Shown here: one piece after another, positions 40,657 to 48,792 of the stretch
Layout of the letters: each line of letters starts with the position of its first letter
How positions within the stretch are numbered: the first letter of the stretch is position 1
Origin: an uncultured delta proteobacterium
GTDB lineage: Bacteria > Desulfobacterota > Binatia > UBA9968
DNA: 64,000 nucleotides
Assembly: GCA_963737905.1 (NCBI GenBank)
Contig: CAVTUQ010000038.1
Span: 64,001 to 128,000, forward strand
Direction of reading: 5' to 3'
Notes under the pieces: model-generated
The model's database searches: none
What the model was told of the DNA's origin: nothing
Seen by the model: only the letters and a program-made list of their open reading frames with translations
Translations under genes and position numbers: made by a program

Positions 40657-41712
40657 TCAGGAAGCTTTGAACTTGCCGGTCAGACGATAGTGTGAAGCCA
40701 AAGTAGCCAGGTAGGCGGCAATTTCGACGCCGGCAGCGTCCGATCGAAGTCGCAAGTCCAATTCGGAGCAACGCTCCGCCAACGCCCGCAGCAGGCGGTC
40801 CAGTGTGAACTTCGGCTCGCCCGTCCAAGCGGAGACCGCGTTCAGAATCGGTTTTGTCGAGCGACGCAGAAAAGTCGACGCTCGCTCGGTGTTAGGCGAA
40901 GCAGAGGAATCGACAAACAATTTCTTGAGGTCGGCGTCAAAAAAGTCGGGAAACTCCTGCGCATAGGTGTGTCGCCGGCGCTTGTAATAGAGTGCCAATC
41001 GGGATCGAAGCCGGGACGCCTCGCTCATCTTGGTCCTTGAAAAAACCAACGGCGGTTTGCCGGCGAGCTTGGCCATTAGACTATCCACGTACTCCAACTT
41101 CTCCAGGGCCTTCCAATCCTTATACTGTTGCTTCCAGTCCAAATCCGGCGTGAGCCAAATGGCGACGGTTTCAGCGAAATCTTCCTCGGGATGGCTTTGG
41201 GCGTACCAGCCGCCCAGGTGACGCACAAATCGCTTGCTGTAGGGGCGAGCGCGAAAGCTTTCCGAGTATTCCAACGACGGCGGCCCGAATAACTTTTGCC
41301 AGCGGGTTTCTTTTTCCAGCAGATAGGCGTGATTCAGGACATGTCCCATCTCATGGCGCAAAAGGCTCATACACCACGCTTCTGTGCCCCCCTCCACTTC
41401 CATCATCATCTTCTCCTCGAGCCTTTTCAGTCGTGGATGGGCGAGATAAAAGGGGATGGCGATGGTCGCGCAGCCTTCGGGACAAAACCATTCGTCGCCG
41501 AGATAACAGAGGGGCTTGAAGCCGATCCCTTTCGCGGCAAGCTCGCTGAAAAATTTTTGGATCCGCGATTCGAGTTCGGTACCGGCAATTTTGAGTTTCA
41601 GATCGCAGATCCGCATCTGCAGGAGTTCGTCATCGTTCAAGCCTGCCAGTTCCGGCAAAGGAGCCCCCGCCTTCGCCGACTCCGGTTGTTGTTTGCCTTC
41701 CGAGGCGTCCAT
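40657..41712 (-). CDS. Putative zinc-binding metallopeptidase
   Basis: IPFYLAHPRL, RHEMGH (HExxH), YAQSHPEEDFAE. Confidence 0.82.
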   Translation of the reverse strand: MDASEGKQQPESAKAGAPLPELAGLNDDELLQMRICDLKLKIAGTELESRIQKFFSELAAKGIGFKPLCYLGDEWFCPEGCATIAIPFYLAHPRLKRLEEKMMMEVEGGTEAWCMSLLRHEMGHVLNHAYLLEKETRWQKLFGPPSLEYSESFRARPYSKRFVRHLGGWYAQSHPEEDFAETVAIWLTPDLDWKQQYKDWKALEKLEYVDSLMAKLAGKPPLVFSRTKMSEASRLRSRLALYYKRRRHTYAQEFPDFFDADLKKLFVDSSASPNTERASTFLRRSTKPILNAVSAWTGEPKFTLDRLLRALAERCSELDLRLRSDAAGVEIAAYLATLASHYRLTGKFKAS

Positions 41713-41816
41713 CCCAGATATTTTAGCAGAGGGGGCTTAAAGCGGCTACTTAGACGAGATGGAGTGATGGAGTCATAGATGGAACGGCCGTGGTTGACGT
41801 TCGAGCGAGGGTCGCG

Positions 41817-42314
41817 CTAGGGCGCCACCGTGCCGGGTCTCTGCGGTACTTTTCCGTCCAGTTCATCTTCGATATTGCCGTAGATGTAGTAAGGGTTGGA
41901 GACGGATTTGCGATACTCTTCCGGCGGAACGTTACAATAGACCTCTAACTGGTTGCCATCGGGATCGAAGAAATAAATGCTCTTGGCGACTCCATGAAAA
42001 ACAGTATGGCGAATTTTTACGTTGTTTTCTTTAAAGCGGCGATAAACTTCCTGCAACTCAACGAAACTCGCGACTTCGAAGGAGACGTGCTCCATCCCTA
42101 TCTGTTCGGGGTTCGGCATGGGCGCGCCTTCCTTGGCTTCGCGAATCGCCAGCATATGGTGATTATCGACCACGTCGCTGCTGAAAAAGAGCATGCCGCG
42201 ATCATTTTGACCGACCTGGGGAAAACCCAAGACGTCCGTGAAGAATTTCCGCGAAGATTCGAGATTTTTCACTTTCAAAACCAAATGACCGACTCGTTTA
42301 ATTCTAAACGCCAT
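41817..42314 (-). CDS. VOC/glyoxalase family protein
   Basis: GHLVL, HHMLA, EHVSF, YFFDPDGNQLE. Confidence 0.88.
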   Translation of the reverse strand: MAFRIKRVGHLVLKVKNLESSRKFFTDVLGFPQVGQNDRGMLFFSSDVVDNHHMLAIREAKEGAPMPNPEQIGMEHVSFEVASFVELQEVYRRFKENNVKIRHTVFHGVAKSIYFFDPDGNQLEVYCNVPPEEYRKSVSNPYYIYGNIEDELDGKVPQRPGTVAP

Positions 42315-42334
42315 GTTTCTATCCTCCGTTTTTT

Positions 42335-43306
42335 CTACATGGTCAACATGACCTTGCCGAAGTGCTCGCGCCCTTCGAGATAACGCTGAGCGGCGCGGGC
42401 TTCCGCCAACGGAAAGCTTTTGCCGATCACGACTTGAAATTTTTTCTCCTGGATAAGCTTTAAAATATCGTCGAGCTGTTTGAAATCTTCCGGCTTCGAC
42501 TTTAGATAATTGGTAATCGAAAATCGCGTCGCTTTTCGACCGTCACTGAGATCCGGCAGCGGATCCGGAATCGCGCCAAAGGCGCCGCCGATGGAGAAAA
42601 GACGGCCGCCGGGCGCGAGTGCCTGCAAGCTTTTCTGAAAAACTTCGCCGCCGATCATTTCCAACACGACATCAACGCCACGATTGTTGGTGACGCGCAT
42701 GACTTCCGGCAGAAAATCGGTTTCGGAGACGTCGATGGTAACGTCGGCCCCCAGTTGTCGCAGTCTTCGACATTTCTCTTCGCTGCCGGAGGTCGCGACG
42801 ACTTTCGCGCCCAGATGCTTGGCGATTTGGATCGCGGCATTGCCGACGCCGCTGCTCCCTCCTTGCACCAGCAGCCAGTCGCCGGCTTTGAGTTTGCCGT
42901 CCGTCAACAAGCCGAACCACGCGGTAAGACATACGGTGGGCGTTGCCGCCGCCTGGGCCGAGGTGACTCCGTCGGGGACGGGCCGCGCTTCGGAGGTTTT
43001 GGCGACCGCGTATTCCGCGTAACCGCCGAGACTCGGATAGGCAACGACACGCTGGCCTGCTTGGTATTCGTTAACGCCGGCACCTAGCTTTTCGACGGTG
43101 CCGGCGAATTCGCGACCCGGAATGAGCGGGAGCGCATCGGCGGAAATACGATAGGTGCCCTTGCGCAGGCCGAGATCCGCGCGGTTCAAGGACGCCGCTT
43201 CGACTTTGATCAGAATCTCGCCCGCTTTGGGCTCGGGTACCGGGACATCTTCGTATTGGAGAGCGTCTTCCGTGGGGCCGAATTTGTGGATGCGAATGGC
43301 TTTCAT
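42335..43306 (-). CDS. NADPH:quinone oxidoreductase (zeta-crystallin/MDR family)
   Basis: MKAIRIH, LNRAD, PGREFAG, GGSSGVG, HFGKV. Confidence 0.9.
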   Translation of the reverse strand: MKAIRIHKFGPTEDALQYEDVPVPEPKAGEILIKVEAASLNRADLGLRKGTYRISADALPLIPGREFAGTVEKLGAGVNEYQAGQRVVAYPSLGGYAEYAVAKTSEARPVPDGVTSAQAAATPTVCLTAWFGLLTDGKLKAGDWLLVQGGSSGVGNAAIQIAKHLGAKVVATSGSEEKCRRLRQLGADVTIDVSETDFLPEVMRVTNNRGVDVVLEMIGGEVFQKSLQALAPGGRLFSIGGAFGAIPDPLPDLSDGRKATRFSITNYLKSKPEDFKQLDDILKLIQEKKFQVVIGKSFPLAEARAAQRYLEGREHFGKVMLTM

Positions 43307-43562
43307 CGCTTTCGCCTCCTTTAACACTGTATTGAAGAAAGCTTAGACAGGATAACGTCTCTCTGTCAACGCGGAAAAGCTAGAGCACCCGCACGATTCA
43401 CTTTGGTGCTTGCCTCGGTGGAGATAAGCGATTATCCTGATTTCAAATGAACACTAGCCAGCAACAAACCCTGTAGCCCGCCTTCACATCGTTGAAGGCA
43501 GGGTGGTCTGCCTTCTGGATAAGCGCCCCAGTAGGCATTGACCTTCTGGGGCGCTTTTAGCT

Positions 43563-43637
43563 TTGGGGATCGTCTAATTGGTAGGACATCAGACTTTGGA
43601 TCTGAGAATCCAGGTTCGACTCCTGGTCCCCGAGCCA
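43563..43637 (+). tRNA. tRNA-Gln(TTG), intact, CCA encoded
   Basis: Acceptor stem TTGGGGA/TCCCCGA, anticodon arm TCAGA-CTTTGGA-TCTGA, T arm CCAGG-TTCGACT-CCTGG, GCCA end. Confidence 0.96.
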
Positions 43638-43652
43638 TTTCTTGTTCCGTGT

Positions 43653-43693
43653 TTGGGGGTCGTCTAATCGGTAGGACATCAGACTTTGAATCT
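43653..43693 (+). tRNA. 5' half of a second, interrupted tRNA-Gln(TTG)
   Basis: TTGGGGGTCGTCTAATCGGTAGGACATCAGACTTTGAATCT, near-identical to the first tRNA, then diverges. Confidence 0.85.
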
Positions 43694-45148
43694 TGAGACC
43701 CCAAATTCTCAAGAAATTATTTGCACGCGATCAGCGAAGAATTTTGTAGTAAAATCAAACGTAAAAATAATTACTTATAAAAAGTAAACTACTTTTAAAA
43801 ACTAAATTGGAATGTTCTTTGCTTGGATCTAAAATCCACTGGTGTCACCCGGTAACAACCCGGTAACAATAGAGCAGCTGCCAACAAGCTAGATGATTAT
43901 GGCGGTCGGGTAGTGTCTGAGTTTGACCTAAAATGCTGGTCAGTCTTTGCTCGCAGAATCACGGGAATACGATAAGTTTTTTTGATCGTAATATGCTGAC
44001 AGGATAATCACTAGTTTAGAGAGCATCAATGAATCTGCCCAAGGAAGCATGGCCACTTGTCGGAGCGTGTCTGCGGCCCGCTCAACAGAACGTTAACCAT
44101 ATCTCTATCTGTTATTGATCGTCTTTAGACCAAAGGAACGCCCACTGATGCAACCGCGCAAACTCGCGCCAGCGTCCACAAGTAAGTCGATTTTCCCTTC
44201 CCGACGAGCATATTAATACGAAAAACAAGGTTCTTTTTAGCTTGGCGAAAAAGAAATCGGTTTCGTTTAATACGCTCCAGGCTCCCAAGTAGACCAAGGC
44301 GAGTGATGAAGGCTTAAGACTCGCATTGCTTATGACAGTCGTGTCGGTGAGGACAGTCGAAGCGCGATTCACTATTCCCGATATGGAGAGACCCCGGCTA
44401 TTTATCGGATGTGGATCAGGCAAAGAAAAAGAAAATGACTATGAATATCGAAGCATCTACTGGTTTGCTTGGATGGTATCTGGTGGCTTTTGGAGTAACG
44501 TTAGATCTTCACTGAAGCTATTGATAGAACTAACTCATAACTTTGTGCAATCCCGAAAATCGACGCACTATCGAAAACGTTACTCTTCAAGTTATGGAAA
44601 TTTGGGAAGAAAAATGACTCCAAATTGGACGAAGAAAAAATCAAGAACTGAATCTTCGGATGGTCGAGTTTGGACAGATTAAGTTATGCGCTGTGGTCCT
44701 CACAGTTTACAAATGTAATAAGTTACACCATTTAGTGCGCGTGCCTAGGGTTCTTACCATTGTTGATTTTCTTTTTTCCTGTAAATGTTCAGAGCGTAAC
44801 TCCAGTTCTAGCGTAGGAAAGATCTATTATCCTGTGGGTGTGGGAGCCTCCATTTATTACTCTTGCTATAGCCAAACGTGTGTCGTGTGTGTTGAGCATA
44901 CTTGCTTAGCATATTGATTTGAGAGGTAGGTTATTCAGAGTTGCGAAAGCCAACGAACGCGGGTTTTCGAAAAGTAGATTTCGAACGGCTAGATTACTGA
45001 AACCGGGAAAGGGCTAAGTTCGTTAGATTCGGGAAGCCGTTGAGCAAACCATAATTAATAAGAAACCAGCCTGGCCGAAGGTTTGAAAGTCGTGATTTCT
45101 TTTTTTCGTTGCGGCGCGCCGTGGACGACGACCCTACATAAGATAAAC
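43694..45148. mobile_element. AT-rich ~1.46-kb insert splitting the second tRNA-Gln; integrative-element remnant without an integrase
   Basis: Bounded by the two tRNA halves with AATCT at both junctions. Tandem ACCCGGTAACA x2 at 43847-43868. No recognisable intact gene. Confidence 0.75.
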
Positions 45149-45186
45149 AATCTGAAAATCTAGGTTCGAGACCTAGCCCCAAGCCA
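45149..45186 (+). tRNA. 3' half of the interrupted tRNA-Gln
   Basis: AATCTGA-AAAT-CTAGG-TTCGAGA-CCTAG-CCCCAA-GCCA completes the anticodon stem, T arm and acceptor (one C short in the C run). Confidence 0.85.
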
Positions 45187-45408
45187 TTTATACCGATCTG
45201 CAGTCCTGACGCTTAGATTTCACGTCAAGTGATCAACGCCCGTGCCTAGCCGGTAGGCGCGGCTGACGAACTCTCTTGTTTCCCAGATCCGTATTCCCAT
45301 TCGGGCCGGGCACAGGATTCCTGTAATTTGTTTTTGGACTTTTCGCGTCCTCATGTTGACGGGTGAGACGGGCTGGTAGTAGAAGAACGGTAGAGTGGAG
45401 AAGCAGTT

Positions 45409-46457
45409 ATGAGACGATCGTTTCCAGTTATCGATGCTGACGGTCATGTGATCGAGCGGGATCGTGAGTTGAGAGAATTTCTGCCGGCGCCGTATCGCGG
45501 CGTGGAAGGGAAGCGCGAGTATCCGCTCTTTTCTTGGGACGGCTGGGCGCGGGGCGCGCTGTCGCCGCATAAGCGAGAACATCCTGATGCGAAGCTCTGG
45601 ACACGATTCCTCGATGCGACGGAAATCGCCGCAACCGTGCTCTATCCCAACGACGGCCTCAATATCGGTTTGCTCCGTGATGCCGATTGGGCAGTAGCAT
45701 TAGCGCATGCCTACAACGACTGGCTGCACCATGATTTCTTAAGCGTGAGTCCTCGTTTTCGGGGCGTCGCGCTACTCGCGCCGCAAGATCCTACCGAAGC
45801 GGCCAAGGAATTGGAACGCGCGGTAGGCGACCTGGGTATGGCCGGCGGCATGTTGCCGGCAGTATTGAGTCCGATGCGCGGCTACGGGTTGCCCCAGTTC
45901 GATCCGATCTACGCGGCGGCGGAAAAACTCGACGTGCCCATCGCCGTACACGGCGGCGCCGCCGTGGAACTGGGCCTGGACCACATGCCGTCCTTTGCCG
46001 GTGTCTACCCGCTTAGCCACCCGTTTTCACAAATGCAGCAGCTCACCAGCATGATGATTCACGGCGTATTCGAGCGCTTCCCGAAATTGCGCGTCGCGTT
46101 TTTAGAAGCGGGCTGCGGCTGGGTTCCTTACCTGGCGGATCGGTTGGACGAAAGTTGGGAACACCGGATCAACCGCTGGCCGCATCCGACCAAGCGATGC
46201 CCCAGTGAGATCATGCGCGGGGGCAATCTTTACTACGCCTGTGAACAGGGAGGAAAAAACCCTTGCGACGGTGGCCGAGTTGATCGGCGGCGCGCAGCTT
46301 GCTCTGGGCGTCTGATTTTCCCCACGAGCGGCCTTGGGAAGAGTTCAGCGATGATATCGACACGTTAGTTCGCCGCCGCGATCTTCCTGAGAATCTCCCG
46401 CGGCAGATCTTGTTCGAGAACCCGTGCCGGTTCTATAAATTGAAACCGGAAGTCTAG
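45409..46457 (+). CDS. Amidohydrolase_2 family protein (apparent frameshifts near 46250-46300)
   Basis: IDADGHV, AYNDWL, VHG, LEAGCGW; LWASDFPHE...ILFENP.RFY continues in another frame to TAG 46457. Confidence 0.82.
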
Positions 46458-46611
46458 CAGGCTGCTGAAAAAGACTCATATGCTTCGTTGCGCTCAATCG
46501 CCTCGCTCCGTTAAACGTACTGATTAAGTACGCCTCCGCTCGTCGATTCTTCGCGCGCCTCGCCTCTGAGTCTTTTTGAGTAGCCTGCAACAGAATTTTT
46601 CAGCAAGTTGC
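46455..46611. mobile_element. MITE-like inverted-repeat element
   Basis: GCAGGCTGCTGAAAAAGACTCA pairs imperfectly with TGAGTCTTTTTGAGTAGCCTGC, and with a second end TTTTTCAGCAAGTTGC. Begins at the TAG stop of the upstream gene. Confidence 0.7.
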
Positions 46612-46628
46612 GATGCAGCCGTCGAGAA

Positions 46629-46696
46629 GTTCGAGATTCGAGGTTTAAAGAGGTGGGCGAATCAGGACCTTGAACGTTGAACTTTGAACGTTGAAC
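46629..46696. repeat. 7-mer repeats in inverted arrangement
   Basis: GTTCGAG ATTCGAG GTTTAAA ... CTTGAAC GTTGAAC TTTGAAC GTTGAAC. Confidence 0.7.
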
Positions 46697-46723
46697 AGTT
46701 CTTGAATATCAGCGGAGGTAAGG

Positions 46724-47635
46724 ATGCGGGTTTTGATTACTGGAGCGGGTTTGATCGGCACTCATACCGCACGGGAATTGGTCGAGCGAGGCGATGAGGT
46801 CACGTTCTTCGACGTCGCACCCAGGCCGGATTATATCCGGCATGTAACCGGAAAGGACTTGCCCGTGATTCGCGGGGACATCCGCGATGTGCCGGTGCTC
46901 GTGGACGCTTTTCACCAAGCCCGTCCCGAGTGCGTGATTCATCTAGCGGCTTCAGTGGGCGAAGCCAACATCAACAACGTCTACGCGGGCTTTCAAGTGA
47001 ATCTGGTGGCGACCATCAACGTTGCTGAAGCGGTACAGCTGGCCGGTGTGCGCCGGTTGATCCATGCCAGCACTCAGGCTCTCTACCTGGGCGACGATCC
47101 CAAGGAGTTGCTTTACGAGGACTCGCCCCTCGACAGCCGCGGGCGCGTCTACAACGCCTCGAAGCTAGGCTGCGAGCATGTGCTCAAAACCTATGCCGCG
47201 AAGCACAGATTTGAGTTGGCGTTACTGCGGTTTGCGGGGGTTTATGGTTACCATTCGGTTGCTGGCGGTCCCGGCGTCGCCGTGCAAGCGGCGGTGTGGG
47301 ATGCGATGGCAGGCAAACCCGTGGAGCTCAACGTCTACGAGAGTGTCGATTTCATCTACGCCAAGGATCTGGCCAACGGTATCGCTCTCGCTGTGCATAC
47401 GTCGCCTCTGCCTCACCAGGTATACAATCTTGGCAGCGGCACGTTGACCACGGTGGAAGACGTTGAAAAAGCGCTCGGAAAAATATTTCCAGGTGTCCAG
47501 ATGCGCCGTGGGAAACTGACTCCCGCGCGACCGCGGATGGACATCACGCGGGCGCGCTCGGAGCTGGGATTCAATCCCGAGTACAAGCTCGAAGCGGGAT
47601 TGCGCGACTATGTTGCCGAGTTGAAGAAGAGCTAG
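46724..47635 (+). CDS. NAD-dependent epimerase/dehydratase (extended SDR)
   Basis: [24 protein letters not shown]. Confidence 0.9.
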   Translation: MRVLITGAGLIGTHTARELVERGDEVTFFDVAPRPDYIRHVTGKDLPVIRGDIRDVPVLVDAFHQARPECVIHLAASVGEANINNVYAGFQVNLVATINVAEAVQLAGVRRLIHASTQALYLGDDPKELLYEDSPLDSRGRVYNASKLGCEHVLKTYAAKHRFELALLRFAGVYGYHSVAGGPGVAVQAAVWDAMAGKPVELNVYESVDFIYAKDLANGIALAVHTSPLPHQVYNLGSGTLTTVEDVEKALGKIFPGVQMRRGKLTPARPRMDITRARSELGFNPEYKLEAGLRDYVAELKKS

Positions 47636-47647
47636 GAAATCAGAATA

Positions 47648-47705
47648 AACCGCAAGGAACGCAAAGTGCACAAAATAACAACCAACGACGAAAAACACGA
47701 AGGAG
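47648..47705. repeat. Degenerate 9-mer repeats
   Basis: CGCAAGGAA CGCAAAGTG CACAAAA ... ACGAAAAAC ACGAAGGAG. Confidence 0.5.
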
Positions 47706-47714
47706 AAAAGATTC

Positions 47715-48689
47715 ATGAAGATCGTAGTCATCGATGACTATCAAAACGCGTTTAAAACACTCAAGTGCTATCCCAAGCTGAGCGGCCATGAGGTTGTCGT
47801 TTATACGGACACCGAAAAGGACGTAGCGAAGCTCGCTGAGCGATTGAAAGACGCGGAAGTCGTTGTGCTCACTCAGCAGCGCTCGGCTTTTCCTCGCGCT
47901 TTGATCGAGCGGTTGCCCAAGCTCAAGCTCATTGGCCAAACCGGGCGGGCGGCCGCGCACGTCGACTTGGAAGCTTGCACGGAAAAGGGAATCGTCGTGT
48001 CGGCGGGCGGCTCCGGCAATTCGAACGCTACGGCCGAGCTGACTTGGGGACTCATCCTTTCGGCGCTACGCAATCTGCCGTACGAAGTCAGACGGCTCAA
48101 AGAAGGGCAATGGCAGTCAACCCTCGGCATCGGCATCAACGGCAAGACGCTGGGAATTTATGCCTACGGAAAAATCGGCAGTATCGTCGCCGGCGTCGGC
48201 AAAACGTTTGGCGCGCGAGTCATCTGTTGGGGCCGCGAAGGCTCCACCGGCCGCGCCAGAGCCGCCGGCTTTGAAGTTGCCAAAAGCCGGGAGGAGTTTT
48301 TCGCCGAGGCGGATATCTTGAGCCTCCATTTGCCGCTCAACAAAGATACCCGGGGCATCGTCACGCGTGACGATCTCGCGCACATGAAACCCACGGCGTT
48401 GCTCGTGAATCCTAGCCGGGCGGGGCTGATCGCGAAAGATGCGCTGGCCGATGCGCTCAGAGCCGGCCGGCCCGGCATGGCCGCAGTAGACGTTTACGAA
48501 GAAGAGCCGGTGATCGGCGCGGACCATCCGCTGGTCAAGATGGATAAGGTCACCTGCACGCCGCATCTGGGTTACGTTACCCGCGAAAGTTATGAAGAAT
48601 ACTATGCCGTCGTGGTCGACGACATTCTCGCTTACGCAGGCGGCAAACCCAGCCATGTGCTCAATCCCGAGGCATTAGCAGGCCGCTGA
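47715..48689 (+). CDS. D-2-hydroxyacid dehydrogenase family protein
   Basis: IDDYQ, GIYAYGKIG, LHLPL, NPSRAG, DVYEEEP, TPHLGY. Confidence 0.92.
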   Translation: MKIVVIDDYQNAFKTLKCYPKLSGHEVVVYTDTEKDVAKLAERLKDAEVVVLTQQRSAFPRALIERLPKLKLIGQTGRAAAHVDLEACTEKGIVVSAGGSGNSNATAELTWGLILSALRNLPYEVRRLKEGQWQSTLGIGINGKTLGIYAYGKIGSIVAGVGKTFGARVICWGREGSTGRARAAGFEVAKSREEFFAEADILSLHLPLNKDTRGIVTRDDLAHMKPTALLVNPSRAGLIAKDALADALRAGRPGMAAVDVYEEEPVIGADHPLVKMDKVTCTPHLGYVTRESYEEYYAVVVDDILAYAGGKPSHVLNPEALAGR

Positions 48690-48776
48690 AAAAACATAGG
48701 CTTTGTTGCAGTTCAAAACGTTCAAGCCGTTCAAATCGTTCAAACCGTGCGCCTCTGAGATCTTTTGGAGTACCCT
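48676..48776. mobile_element. Second, degenerate copy of the MITE-like element with (GTTCAAnnC)4 nested inside
   Basis: TAGCAGGCCGCTGAAAAAACATAGGCTTTGTTGC resembles 46455-46495; CGCCTCTGAGATCTTTTGGAGTACCCT resembles 46561-46586; four 9-mers at 48711-48746. Confidence 0.65.
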
Positions 48777-48792
48777 TTGGGGAAGAAATGAT

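Noticed and set aside
43694-45148. tRNA insert as a group I or group II intron
   Set aside because: No register of the AATCT junction gives a 5' exon ending in U with an intron ending in G (group I) or an intron starting GUGYG (group II). I saw no core intron structure or maturase/endonuclease ORF.
44112-45182. Short ORFs inside the insert (44112-44423, 44326-44682, 44660-44917, 44994-45182)
   Set aside because: They overlap, have no recognisable motifs or clear RBS, and look like decayed sequence.
46629-48746. GTTCAA/TTGAAC repeats as a CRISPR array
   Set aside because: The units are 7-9 nt with no spacers, and there are no cas genes in the window.
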